Source: Alphaproteobacteria bacterium (GTDB taxonomy: Bacteria > Pseudomonadota > Alphaproteobacteria > JAJFFI01). From it: DNA of 64,000 nucleotides. Shown here piece after piece: positions 55,564-64,000 of this stretch. The notes beneath the pieces are model-generated. The model ran no database searches. It saw nothing but the letters and a program-made list of their open reading frames with translations, and was not told where the DNA came from. Location of the stretch: assembly GCA_030066595.1 (NCBI GenBank), contig JASJBI010000036.1, positions 10,456 through 74,455 of the forward strand. The letters are read 5' to 3'. The translations under genes were made by a program, and so were the position numbers. The stretch's first letter is position 1, and each line of letters starts with the position of its first letter.

Positions 55564-56198
55564 GTCTGGTCCAGCTCCGCCGGCGACTTTGCCTTCTCGA
55601 CGCCGATCATGGAGTTCCGGGTGACCAGTCGGGCGAGATCCGCCTCGCTCCAGCCCTCGGTTCCCGCGGGCCGCTCCGGCAGCACCAGGTAGCGCATCTC
55701 CGAAGTGGAGTCCCAGACGCGGATCTCGACCTCCTCGGAGACCTCCGTGCCGAACTCCCGGAGCACGCCGCGCGGATCGATCACCGCGCGCGAGCGGTAG
55801 GGTGCCGACTTGTACCAGACCGGCGGCAGGCCCAGCGTGGGCCAGGGATAGCAGGAGCACAGGGTGCAGACGACCATGTTGTGCCGCTCGGGCGTGTTCT
55901 CGACCACCACCATGTGCTCGCCCTGGCGTCCGGTGAAGCCGAGCGATTCAATGGCCGCCGTCGGGTCCTCGAGCAGCCAAGCCTTGAACTCGGGATCGGT
56001 CCAGGCCTTGGCGACCACCTGGGCGCCGTTGCGCGGACCGACCTTGTGCTCGTATCGGTCGATCAGCGCGTCGAGCGCCTCGGGGTCCACCAGGCCCTTG
56101 TCCACCAGGAGCGACTCGAGCGACTTGACCCGGAGCTCGAGATCCGAGGGCGGCTCGGTATGGTCGTGGTCGTGATCAGCGCGCGGTGTATCGTTCAT
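55560..56198 (-). CDS. nthA: Nitrile hydratase alpha subunit, cobalt type
   Basis: Metal site [10 protein letters not shown] (55848-55868). Thr and Tyr at the variable positions indicate the Co-type rather than the Fe-type (VCSLCSCT). Confidence 0.92.
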   Translation of the reverse strand: MNDTPRADHDHDHTEPPSDLELRVKSLESLLVDKGLVDPEALDALIDRYEHKVGPRNGAQVVAKAWTDPEFKAWLLEDPTAAIESLGFTGRQGEHMVVVENTPERHNMVVCTLCSCYPWPTLGLPPVWYKSAPYRSRAVIDPRGVLREFGTEVSEEVEIRVWDSTSEMRYLVLPERPAGTEGWSEADLARLVTRNSMIGVEKAKSPAELDQT

Positions 56199-56287
56199 GT
56201 GTTTTCCCCTGGGAATAACTGCAAGGAAAACAAGTTGGCGTGATCAGCCTACCACCGAATGGAGAGACCGCCAATCAAGGGGCGCCG

Positions 56288-57667
56288 CTACTCCGCCGCC
56301 TCCTGAGCCGGCTCGGGCTCGGCCGAGCGCATGGTCACGAACTCCTCGGCCGAGGTCGGGTGGATGCCGACGGTTGCGTCGAAGTCCGCCTTGCTGGCGC
56401 CCGCCTTGATCGCCACCGCGATGCCTTGGATGATCTCGCCCGCCTCGGGCCCCAGCATATGAGCGCCCACCACGCGGTCGGTCTTCCGATCGACCACCAG
56501 CTTCATGAGCGTGCGTTCGTCGCGGCCCGAGAGCGTGTGCTTCATCGGCCGGAAGCTCGATTTGTAGATGTCGATCTCGGGATAGCGCTCGCGCGCCTGG
56601 GCCTCGGTGAGGCCGACCGTGCCGATGCTCGGCTGGCTGAACACGGCGGACGGCACCGCGTCATAGTCCATCCTGCGGTCCGCGGGCCCGAACAGGGTGT
56701 CGGCCAGGATATGGCCCTCCTTGATCGCCACCGGCGTGAGCTTGATGGTGTTGGTGCAGTCGCCGATGGCGTAGATGTGCGGCACCGACGTCCGCCAATC
56801 GGCGTCGACCTCGATGAAGCCATTGTCGTCCAGCGCCACCCCCAACGCCTCCAGACCGAAGCCGCGGCTGTTCGGATGGCGGCCGGTGGCGAACATCACC
56901 AGATCGGTTTCGATCGTGCTGCGGTCCGATAGATCCACCACAAAGCTGCCGTCGGCGTTCCGCTCCATGCAGTCGATGACCACGTTGAAGCGAATGTCGA
57001 CGCCCTTCTTGATCATCTCTTCGGCCAGCGCCTCGCGCAGATCGTCGTCGAATCCCCTGAGGAACAGCGGTCCGCGATAGAGCTGGATCACCTCGACGCC
57101 GAGCGCGTTGAAGATGCCGGCGAACTCGACCGAGACATAGCCGCCGCCCGCGACCACGATCCGCTTGGGCAGCTCCTCCAGAAAGAACGCCTCGTTCGAG
57201 GTGATCACCAGATCGTTGCCGGGGAATTCGGGCACCGTGGGCCAGCCGCCCGTGGCCACCAGGATGCGCTCGGCCGTGTAGCGCTCGTCGCCGACCACCA
57301 CGGTATGCGCATCCTCCAGATGTGCGCGGCCTTCAATCACGGTCGCCCCGGCCCCCACCAGCAGTCGCCGGTAGACGCCGTTGAGCCGCTCGATTTCCGC
57401 GTTCTTGGCGGCGATCAGCCGGGGCCAGTCGTGGCGCCGGTCGCCGACCTGCCAGCCGAAGCCGGCCGCGTCCTCGAAGTCCTCGGCGAAATGAGCGGCG
57501 TAGACGAAGAGCTTCTTGGGCACGCAGCCAACATTGACGCAGGTGCCGCCGAGATAGCGCTCTTCGGCAACCGCCACCCGGGCGCCGTGCGAGGCCGCGA
57601 TGCGCGCAGCCCGCGTGCCGCCGGAGCCCGCGCCGATGACGAAGAGATCCAAGTCATAGCTGGCCAT
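56288..57667 (-). CDS. gor: Glutathione-disulfide reductase
   Basis: ..DLFVIGAGSGG..AA..AA..GA.VA.AE...LGGTCVNVGCVPKK.. redox-active disulfide, and a C-terminal ..HPT.AEE.. . The ATG at 57667 has a GGGAGG SD. Confidence 0.9.
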   Translation of the reverse strand: MASYDLDLFVIGAGSGGTRAARIAASHGARVAVAEERYLGGTCVNVGCVPKKLFVYAAHFAEDFEDAAGFGWQVGDRRHDWPRLIAAKNAEIERLNGVYRRLLVGAGATVIEGRAHLEDAHTVVVGDERYTAERILVATGGWPTVPEFPGNDLVITSNEAFFLEELPKRIVVAGGGYVSVEFAGIFNALGVEVIQLYRGPLFLRGFDDDLREALAEEMIKKGVDIRFNVVIDCMERNADGSFVVDLSDRSTIETDLVMFATGRHPNSRGFGLEALGVALDDNGFIEVDADWRTSVPHIYAIGDCTNTIKLTPVAIKEGHILADTLFGPADRRMDYDAVPSAVFSQPSIGTVGLTEAQARERYPEIDIYKSSFRPMKHTLSGRDERTLMKLVVDRKTDRVVGAHMLGPEAGEIIQGIAVAIKAGASKADFDATVGIHPTSAEEFVTMRSAEPEPAQEAAE

Positions 57668-57951
57668 CGAATGTCCTCCCATGAGCCGTTGCCCACAATT
57701 TAGAGCCGGTCGAGCGAGATGGAAACCGCCGCCCGATGCTAGGCAAGGACGGCACCCCGGGTGTAAGCTTTGGTCATAAGCAAAGCCGCGCAGATCGCGG
57801 TGATTTGCGTTCAGTGCCATGACCGGCATACAAGATGCTGTGGGGGTTGGCAGGTGGCGCACCAAATCGTGATGACCGCGTGCGGGATGCCCTGCACGCG
57901 GCCGGATTGCACAGGGGGCAGGATCCCCCGCAGCCGAATGGGTGATCGTCC

Positions 57952-60900
57952 ATGTCGAGACGGCCTGCCCAGGTAGCTGCGGCCCGTGCCGAGACGGCCG
58001 GAGACACGACGAGCCTGCTGAAGGCCGGCCTCGATTTGCTCGAACAAGGCGTGGGCATTTTCGACAGGGACTTGGCGCTCGTCGCCTGCAATCCCCAATT
58101 CCGCAAGCTCAGACGCTATCCCGCAAAGCTCTGCAAGCCCGGAGTGTCCATGCGCGACCTGATTGGTCACAGCGCGGAGCGGGGATACTATGGTCCGGGC
58201 AACAGCGACCGCCAGGTGAAGACCTGGATGGCGCGCGCGCGGGCCTCCGAGCCCTATCAAGAGGAGGTGCAGTCGTCGGACGGCCGGATCACGTCGATCC
58301 GCTTCGATCCCATCCCGGACGGTGGCCTTCTTGTTGTCTATGCGGACGTCACCGATACGCGCCAGGCGGAGCAGGCGCTCATCGAACGGGAAGACCGACG
58401 CGAACTGGTCGAACGGGCGGCGACCGAAGGCATCTACGAGTGGGTGATCGAGAGTGGCGAGCTCCACGCCTCGCCCCACATGAAAGAGATCTTCGGCTTT
58501 GCCGAAGGAGAGATCGGCCCCAAGAACTGGCATTGGAACGAGCGCGTCCATCCGGACGATTTCGAGCGCTACAAGGCCGCCCTGGTCGAGCACTTCAAAG
58601 CCAAGGCCGATCACTTCGAGTGCGCGTATCGCATCCGCGACAAGGCGGATCAGTACCGCTGGATCCAAGACCGCGGCGTCTGCGTCCGCAACGAAGACGG
58701 CTGGGCCGTGCGGCTGGTCGGGGCGATCACCGACGTCACGGCGCACAAGGAGATGGAAGAGGCTCTGCGCGCGAGCGAGGAGCGCTACGCCCTCGTGGCG
58801 CAGGCGGCCTCGGAGGGGTTCTACGACTGGGACGTCAAGCAGAACGAGCTCTTCGTCTCCCCGCGCCTGACCGAGATCTTCGGCTTTGACCGCGACGACA
58901 GCATTCGGTCCGAGGAGTGGTATGCCAAAGTCCATCCCGACGACGCCGAACGCTATCGGGGCGACTTGCGCGCCCATTTCAAGGGCGAGACCGACCGGCT
59001 CGTCTGCGAGTATCGGATTCAAGACAAGGCCGGGGCGTACCGTTGGATCCGGGACCACGGTGCCGGCGTCCGCGGCGAGGACGGCCGGGTCGAGCGTCTG
59101 GTCGGCACCGTGAGCGACGTCACCGAGCGCAAGAAGATCGAGGAGGCGTTGACGGCGAGCGAACAGCGCTATGCGCTCGCCATGGAAGCGATCAACGAGA
59201 GCGTCTACGACTGGAATATCGACACCGGCGAGATCTACTACTCGCCGCGGGTGCGAACCGCGTTCGGCCTGTCACCCAAGGAACTCAGCACGCCGGACGA
59301 CTGGTTCAAGCGGATCCACCCTGATGATCTGCAGCGCTACAAGGACACGCATGTTGCGCATTTCAAGGGCGAGACGGAACGGTTCGAGTGCGAGTACCGC
59401 TATCGGGGTCTCGAGGGCGACTGGCGCTGGGCGCGACAGCACGGCATCGCGTTCAGGGACGAGCACGGGCACGCCTATCGTATGGTCGGCTCGACCGGCG
59501 AAATCACCGACCTCAAGAATCAGCAGGCGGCGGCGCGCGAAGCGCAAGAGCAGTTGGCCAAGGCGATCGAAACGATCTCCGAGGGCTTCGTGATCTACGA
59601 CGCGGAAGACCGGTTCGTCCTGTGCAACGATCAGTATCGCGAGCTCTACGGACAGGCCGCAGACATGCTCAAACCTGGGGTTCCCTATCTGGAAATCCTC
59701 AAGGCGGTGGCCGATCGGGGCTTGGTTCCCGGTATCGGCGACGACGTCGACGCCTGGGTCGCGGAGAGGCATGAAAGACATCAGAACCCGGGCGAGCCCT
59801 ACGAGCAGCCGCTGACAAACGGGCGCTGGGTCAAGGTGGCCTGGCGCCGCACCCGGGATGGCGGCATCGTCGGCGTCTTCACCGACATCACCCAACTCAA
59901 GGCCACGGAATTCGCGCTCAGAGGCAGCGAGCAGCGTCTGATCGACGCCGTGGAGAGTATCTCGGAGGGGTTCGCTTTCTACGACGCGGACGATCGCCTG
60001 GTGCTGGCGAACAATCGCTATCGTGAGATCCTCTACAACGTGGATGGTCGTCCGCTGCGTCCGAGCAAGCGCAAAGGCAAGGGCCGCCAACCGGACCTGG
60101 ACGCGCTCATCACGCCGGGCACGCCGTTCGAGACGATCGTCCGGACGGCGGCGGAAAGCGGCTTCATCCGTGACGCCGAGGGGCGAGTCGAAGAGTGGAT
60201 CGCCGAACGGCTGGCGCGCCACCGCGAGGCGGGCGAACCGCATGTCCATCAACGCAGCGACGGCCGCTGGATCCAGATCAGCGAGCGCAAGACCGGCGAA
60301 GGCGGCACCGTCGCGGTGTACACCGACCTGACGGATGTGAAGCTCCGCGAGCAAGACCTGATCGAAGCGAACACCGCCAAGGAGACAGCCCTCAGGGAGC
60401 TGCATGCGGTGCTCGACGCAATCGAATACGGCGTGCTGTTTGTCGATTCCGATCTCAGGGCGCGCCTCGACAACCGGGCGTTTCGCGAGATGTGGGGGGT
60501 CCCCGCAGAATTCGCCGCCGAGCACAAGACCGTCCCCGACTACATCGAATACAACCGCCACAGCGGCGTTTACTCGGTCTCCGAAGACGATTGGGACGAC
60601 TATGTCGAGACACGGGTCGCCGCGATCCGCAAAGGCGACATCCCGCCCATGATGATGCCGCGGGCCGACGGACGGGTTCTACAGCATCAGTGTATCGCCC
60701 TGCCGGACGGGGGCCGCATGCTGACCTATTTCGACCTCACCGAGCTCAAGCGCCGGGAGGACGCTTTGGTCGAGGCGAACGCGGACAAGGAGATGGCGCT
60801 GGAAGAGCGCAACGCGGTGCTCGAGGGCATCAACTACGGCGTGTTGTTGTTGGACCCGGAGCTCAGGATCCGCATGGCCAACCGGGCCTACCGGGAAATC

Positions 60901-63900
60901 TGGGGCATTCCCGAATCCTTCGTCGCGAGCAACCCGAGCTTGCGGGAGGACATGGAATACACCCGCGCTCTCGGCCACTATTTGCTGGACGAGGACTGGG
61001 AGGACTACGTGGAGGTCCGGCTTGCCGAGATCCGCAAGGGCGACATCGCACCGACGGAGATACGGACCGGCCATGGAAGGATAATCCAGTATCAGTGCCT
61101 GGCCCTGCCCGACGGTGGCCGCATGCTGACCTATTTCGACCTCACCGACCTGAAGCGTGCGCAGGAAGCGTTGTACGAAAGCGAAGAGCGGCTCAACGCC
61201 GTGGTCAACAACATGCCGTCCATCGTCTTTCTCAGGGATCGCGACGGTCATTTCATCCTGATCAACCGCCAATACGAAGACGCTTACGAGGTCAAGGAGG
61301 ACTCCGTACGCGGAAAGACGCTCTATGACATCTTTCCGCGCGATCTGGCCGAAGCGTACGCCGCGCATGACCGCGAGGTCATCGAACAACGCCGGGTGAT
61401 CGAGCACGAGTTGAGCGTGCCGCAAGTCGACGGTACCCATGTCGTCGTGTCGGTGCGTTTTCCGATCATGGATCTCTCCGGTGAGATTGTCGCCGTCGGC
61501 GGAGTCGAACACGATATCACGAACCTCAAGCGCGCCCAGGAGGCGTTGCGCGAGAGCGAAGAGCGATACGCCTTGGCGGTGAAAGGCTCCAATGAAGGGA
61601 ACTGGGACTGGAAGGCGGAGAGCGACGAGATTTACATTTCGCCGCGCTTCAGGGAGCTCGTCGGCGTATCCGGCGAGTCCGATCGGATCACGCCGAAAGA
61701 CTGGGAAGCGCTCATGCACCCGGACGACCTGGCGCAGCATCGGGATGCGCTCCTGGCCCACTTCCGGGGGGAGACGGAGTTCTTCAATGCGGAATACCGG
61801 GTCCGAGGGTCCGACGGGACCTATCGCTGGGTGCTGAACCGCGGCGTCGGCGTGCGCGATGACAGCGGCAAGATCACGCGCATGGCGGGCTCGTTGGGGG
61901 ATATTACCGAGCGCAAGCAGGCCGAGCTGAAGATCCGCACGGCCCGGGAAGAGGCCGAGCGGGCGCAGACCCAGTTGAGCCAGGCGATCGAGGCGATCTC
62001 GGAGGGATTCTGCCTGTTCGATGCAGAGGATCGCATCGTGCTGTGCAACAGCGTCTACCAGAGCTTCTTCCCGGACCTGGCCGACAAGGTCGTGCCCGGC
62101 TCGCGCTTTGAGGACATCATCCGGGCCGGCCTGCACCGTGGCCTTTTCCCAGACACCGGCGACGATGCCGAGGTTTGGCTCCAGGACATCCTCGAGCGGC
62201 GCCGGAACCCCAAGGGGCCGCGGGAGAATCATCTCTCGACCGGGCTCTGGCTGCAGATCAGCGACCAACCCACGCAAGACGGGGGGCTCGTCGCCGTCTA
62301 CACCGACATCACCGAGCTCAAGACCCGCCAGGAACAGCTCGCCGAGTTGGTCCAGCGGCTCGCCGAGGCGCGCGACCAGGCCATGAAGGCGACCCAGGCG
62401 AAGAGCCAGTTCCTCGCCAATATGAGCCACGAGCTGCGGACACCTCTGAATGCGATCATCGGCCTGACGGAGATGTTGCAAGAGGATGCGGAGGACGCCG
62501 GCGACGAGGACTCCGCCGAACCGCTGCAGCGCATCCACCGGGCCGGCCACCATCTGCTGCATCTGATCAACGAAGTGCTCGACCTCTCGAAGATCGAGGC
62601 CGGGCGGCTGGAACTCCATGTCGAAGACTTCGATATCGCGACCCTGGCCACCGAGCTTCAGCACACGGCCCAGCCCCTGGCAGAGAAGAACCGCAACCGG
62701 CTGGTCGTGCACGGCGCCGACGGCCTCGGCACCATGCATACCGATCCGACCCGCCTGCGGCAGGTACTCCTGAACCTGCTCAGCAACGCCTGCAAGTTCA
62801 CCGAAGAGGGCGAGGTGCGCATGGACCTCTCGGGCGAGCGGATCAATGGCGAGGCCTGGCTCCGCGTCGCCGTATCGGACACGGGCATCGGCATGTCCGA
62901 GGAGCTGCTGGACAAGCTGTTCCAGGAGTTCACCCAGGCGGACAGCTCGACGACGCGCCGGTATGGCGGCACCGGTCTGGGTCTGGCGATCAGCCAGCGG
63001 CTGGCCGGCATGATGGGCGGCGAGATCACCGTCGAGAGCACCCCAGGCGCCGGCTCGACCTTCACCTTGCGGCTGCCCAAGACCATGCGGCCCGCGCGCC
63101 CCGTCGAGGAGGTCTCACCCGAGACGCTGCCGGCAGCGATCGAGGCGTCCGCGGGCCAGGACGCGGCCGACAACGCCACCGTTCTGGTCGTCGACGACGA
63201 CCCGACCGTGCGCGACCTCATGCGCCGCTTCCTCGCCCGCGAGGGATGCGACGTGGTCACCGCCAGGGACGGCGTCGAGGGACTGGCACTGGCGCGGGAG
63301 CTCAAGCCCTCGGTGATCACCCTCGAAGTGATGATGCCCGACCTGGACGGCTGGACCGTGCTGCGCGATCTCAAGACCGACCCCGAGCTGGCCGATATTC
63401 CGGTGATCATGCTGACCATCGGCGGCGAGAGCAAACAGGGCTATGCGCTCGGCGAGGCCGACCACCTGTCGAAGCCCATCGACCGCGACCGGCTGCGGAA
63501 GCTCCTGGCGAAACACCGGCCCGACAGCGCCCTCCCGCGGGTGCTGGTGGTCGACGACGACCCGACGCAACGCGGGCTCATGCACCGGGCGCTCGCAGAG
63601 GAGGGCTGGCAGGTCGACGAGGCCGAGAACGGACGGGAGGCCCTGGACGCCTTTGCCAACACGCCGGCGGATCTGATCCTGCTCGACCTGAACATGCCGG
63701 AGATGGATGGCTTCGAGTTCCTTGACCAATTCCGGCAATCCCCCGACCATCGCGGTATCCCGGTGGTCGTGATCACCGCCGCCGACTTGACCCAAGAGGA
63801 CTACAAGAGGCTCAGCGGCGGGGTCGAGCGGGTGCTAAGCAAGTCCGCCTACGGCCAGGAGGACCTGCTGGGCGAAGTCCGCCAGCTCGTCGAGCCGTAC

Positions 63901-63936
63901 ATACGCGCAAAGCGCCGAGACTCCCAACATGGCTAA
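57952..63936 (+). CDS. Giant cytoplasmic hybrid sensor histidine kinase: about 11 PAS, HisKA, HATPase_c, REC (Asp to Glu pseudo-receiver), REC
   Basis: Repeated PAS signatures (HPDD...Y..H..G.....E.EYR; ISEGF..YDA.DR.VL.N..Y), H-box ..[16 protein letters not shown].., G-boxes ..DTGIGM.., ..GTGLGLAI.. . Two C-terminal receivers: ..[13 protein letters not shown].. and ..[13 protein letters not shown].. . Confidence 0.9.
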   Translation: MSRRPAQVAAARAETAGDTTSLLKAGLDLLEQGVGIFDRDLALVACNPQFRKLRRYPAKLCKPGVSMRDLIGHSAERGYYGPGNSDRQVKTWMARARASEPYQEEVQSSDGRITSIRFDPIPDGGLLVVYADVTDTRQAEQALIEREDRRELVERAATEGIYEWVIESGELHASPHMKEIFGFAEGEIGPKNWHWNERVHPDDFERYKAALVEHFKAKADHFECAYRIRDKADQYRWIQDRGVCVRNEDGWAVRLVGAITDVTAHKEMEEALRASEERYALVAQAASEGFYDWDVKQNELFVSPRLTEIFGFDRDDSIRSEEWYAKVHPDDAERYRGDLRAHFKGETDRLVCEYRIQDKAGAYRWIRDHGAGVRGEDGRVERLVGTVSDVTERKKIEEALTASEQRYALAMEAINESVYDWNIDTGEIYYSPRVRTAFGLSPKELSTPDDWFKRIHPDDLQRYKDTHVAHFKGETERFECEYRYRGLEGDWRWARQHGIAFRDEHGHAYRMVGSTGEITDLKNQQAAAREAQEQLAKAIETISEGFVIYDAEDRFVLCNDQYRELYGQAADMLKPGVPYLEILKAVADRGLVPGIGDDVDAWVAERHERHQNPGEPYEQPLTNGRWVKVAWRRTRDGGIVGVFTDITQLKATEFALRGSEQRLIDAVESISEGFAFYDADDRLVLANNRYREILYNVDGRPLRPSKRKGKGRQPDLDALITPGTPFETIVRTAAESGFIRDAEGRVEEWIAERLARHREAGEPHVHQRSDGRWIQISERKTGEGGTVAVYTDLTDVKLREQDLIEANTAKETALRELHAVLDAIEYGVLFVDSDLRARLDNRAFREMWGVPAEFAAEHKTVPDYIEYNRHSGVYSVSEDDWDDYVETRVAAIRKGDIPPMMMPRADGRVLQHQCIALPDGGRMLTYFDLTELKRREDALVEANADKEMALEERNAVLEGINYGVLLLDPELRIRMANRAYREIWGIPESFVASNPSLREDMEYTRALGHYLLDEDWEDYVEVRLAEIRKGDIAPTEIRTGHGRIIQYQCLALPDGGRMLTYFDLTDLKRAQEALYESEERLNAVVNNMPSIVFLRDRDGHFILINRQYEDAYEVKEDSVRGKTLYDIFPRDLAEAYAAHDREVIEQRRVIEHELSVPQVDGTHVVVSVRFPIMDLSGEIVAVGGVEHDITNLKRAQEALRESEERYALAVKGSNEGNWDWKAESDEIYISPRFRELVGVSGESDRITPKDWEALMHPDDLAQHRDALLAHFRGETEFFNAEYRVRGSDGTYRWVLNRGVGVRDDSGKITRMAGSLGDITERKQAELKIRTAREEAERAQTQLSQAIEAISEGFCLFDAEDRIVLCNSVYQSFFPDLADKVVPGSRFEDIIRAGLHRGLFPDTGDDAEVWLQDILERRRNPKGPRENHLSTGLWLQISDQPTQDGGLVAVYTDITELKTRQEQLAELVQRLAEARDQAMKATQAKSQFLANMSHELRTPLNAIIGLTEMLQEDAEDAGDEDSAEPLQRIHRAGHHLLHLINEVLDLSKIEAGRLELHVEDFDIATLATELQHTAQPLAEKNRNRLVVHGADGLGTMHTDPTRLRQVLLNLLSNACKFTEEGEVRMDLSGERINGEAWLRVAVSDTGIGMSEELLDKLFQEFTQADSSTTRRYGGTGLGLAISQRLAGMMGGEITVESTPGAGSTFTLRLPKTMRPARPVEEVSPETLPAAIEASAGQDAADNATVLVVDDDPTVRDLMRRFLAREGCDVVTARDGVEGLALARELKPSVITLEVMMPDLDGWTVLRDLKTDPELADIPVIMLTIGGESKQGYALGEADHLSKPIDRDRLRKLLAKHRPDSALPRVLVVDDDPTQRGLMHRALAEEGWQVDEAENGREALDAFANTPADLILLDLNMPEMDGFEFLDQFRQSPDHRGIPVVVITAADLTQEDYKRLSGGVERVLSKSAYGQEDLLGEVRQLVEPYIRAKRRDSQHG

Positions 63937-64000
63937 ACTGCTCTACGTCGAAGACAACGAAGATAACGTCTACATGTTGCGCCGCCGGCTCGAGCGAAAC
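63929..64000 (+). CDS. Response regulator, N-terminal fragment (continues beyond window)
   Basis: [24 protein letters not shown].. is a typical receiver N-terminus. It overlaps the kinase stop by 8 nt. Confidence 0.7.
   Translation, partial: MAKLLYVEDNEDNVYMLRRRLERN

Noticed and set aside
59272-62739. 429-aa and 686-aa minus-strand ORFs inside the giant kinase gene
   Set aside because: They are antisense shadows of a gene whose sense frame shows repeated PAS, HisKA and HATPase motifs. There is no independent start or SD evidence.

Overview
High-GC (about two-thirds G+C by eye) chromosomal segment with alphaproteobacterial hallmarks: the purC-purS-purQ-purL-bolA-grxD gene order, an F1Fo-ATPase zeta-inhibitor (DUF1476) gene, usg, and CIRCE-controlled groESL. 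Most of it is housekeeping: an amino-acid ABC transporter, map, radC, sfsA, purB, rpsD, cimA, cysS, nadE, class II DAHP synthase, groESL and gor. Signalling genes are scattered between these: a FIST protein next to a PAS histidine kinase, a response regulator next to a degenerate GGDEF protein, a membrane class III cyclase, and a 1994-aa hybrid kinase with about 11 PAS domains. PHA metabolism is represented by phaC, a PHB depolymerase and a PhaF/H1-like protein. A redox/detoxification block at about 49.8-57.7 kb holds GST, a PNPOx-like protein, an AhpD-like protein, TetR, VOC, a methyltransferase, RidA, a cobalt-type nitrile hydratase and gor. I found no rRNA, tRNA, CRISPR array, transposase, integrase or phage genes. 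I also found no clear-cut novel multi-gene system. The best leads are: (1) a small GIY-YIG nuclease cassette bracketed by ~47-bp direct repeats and REP-like palindromes; (2) an identical 14-bp perfect palindrome at a tetR divergent promoter and 9.4 kb away upstream of a PhaF/H1-like gene; (3) a pseudo-receiver domain (Asp to Glu) in the giant kinase; (4) a GGDEF protein that has lost the active site but keeps the RxxD I-site; (5) a FIST/kinase pair that looks like a split fusion; (6) a nitrile hydratase operon translationally coupled to RidA. Because of the GC content there are many long ORFs antisense to real genes, and I rejected these. Product calls rest on motif and family recognition by eye, not on database searches.
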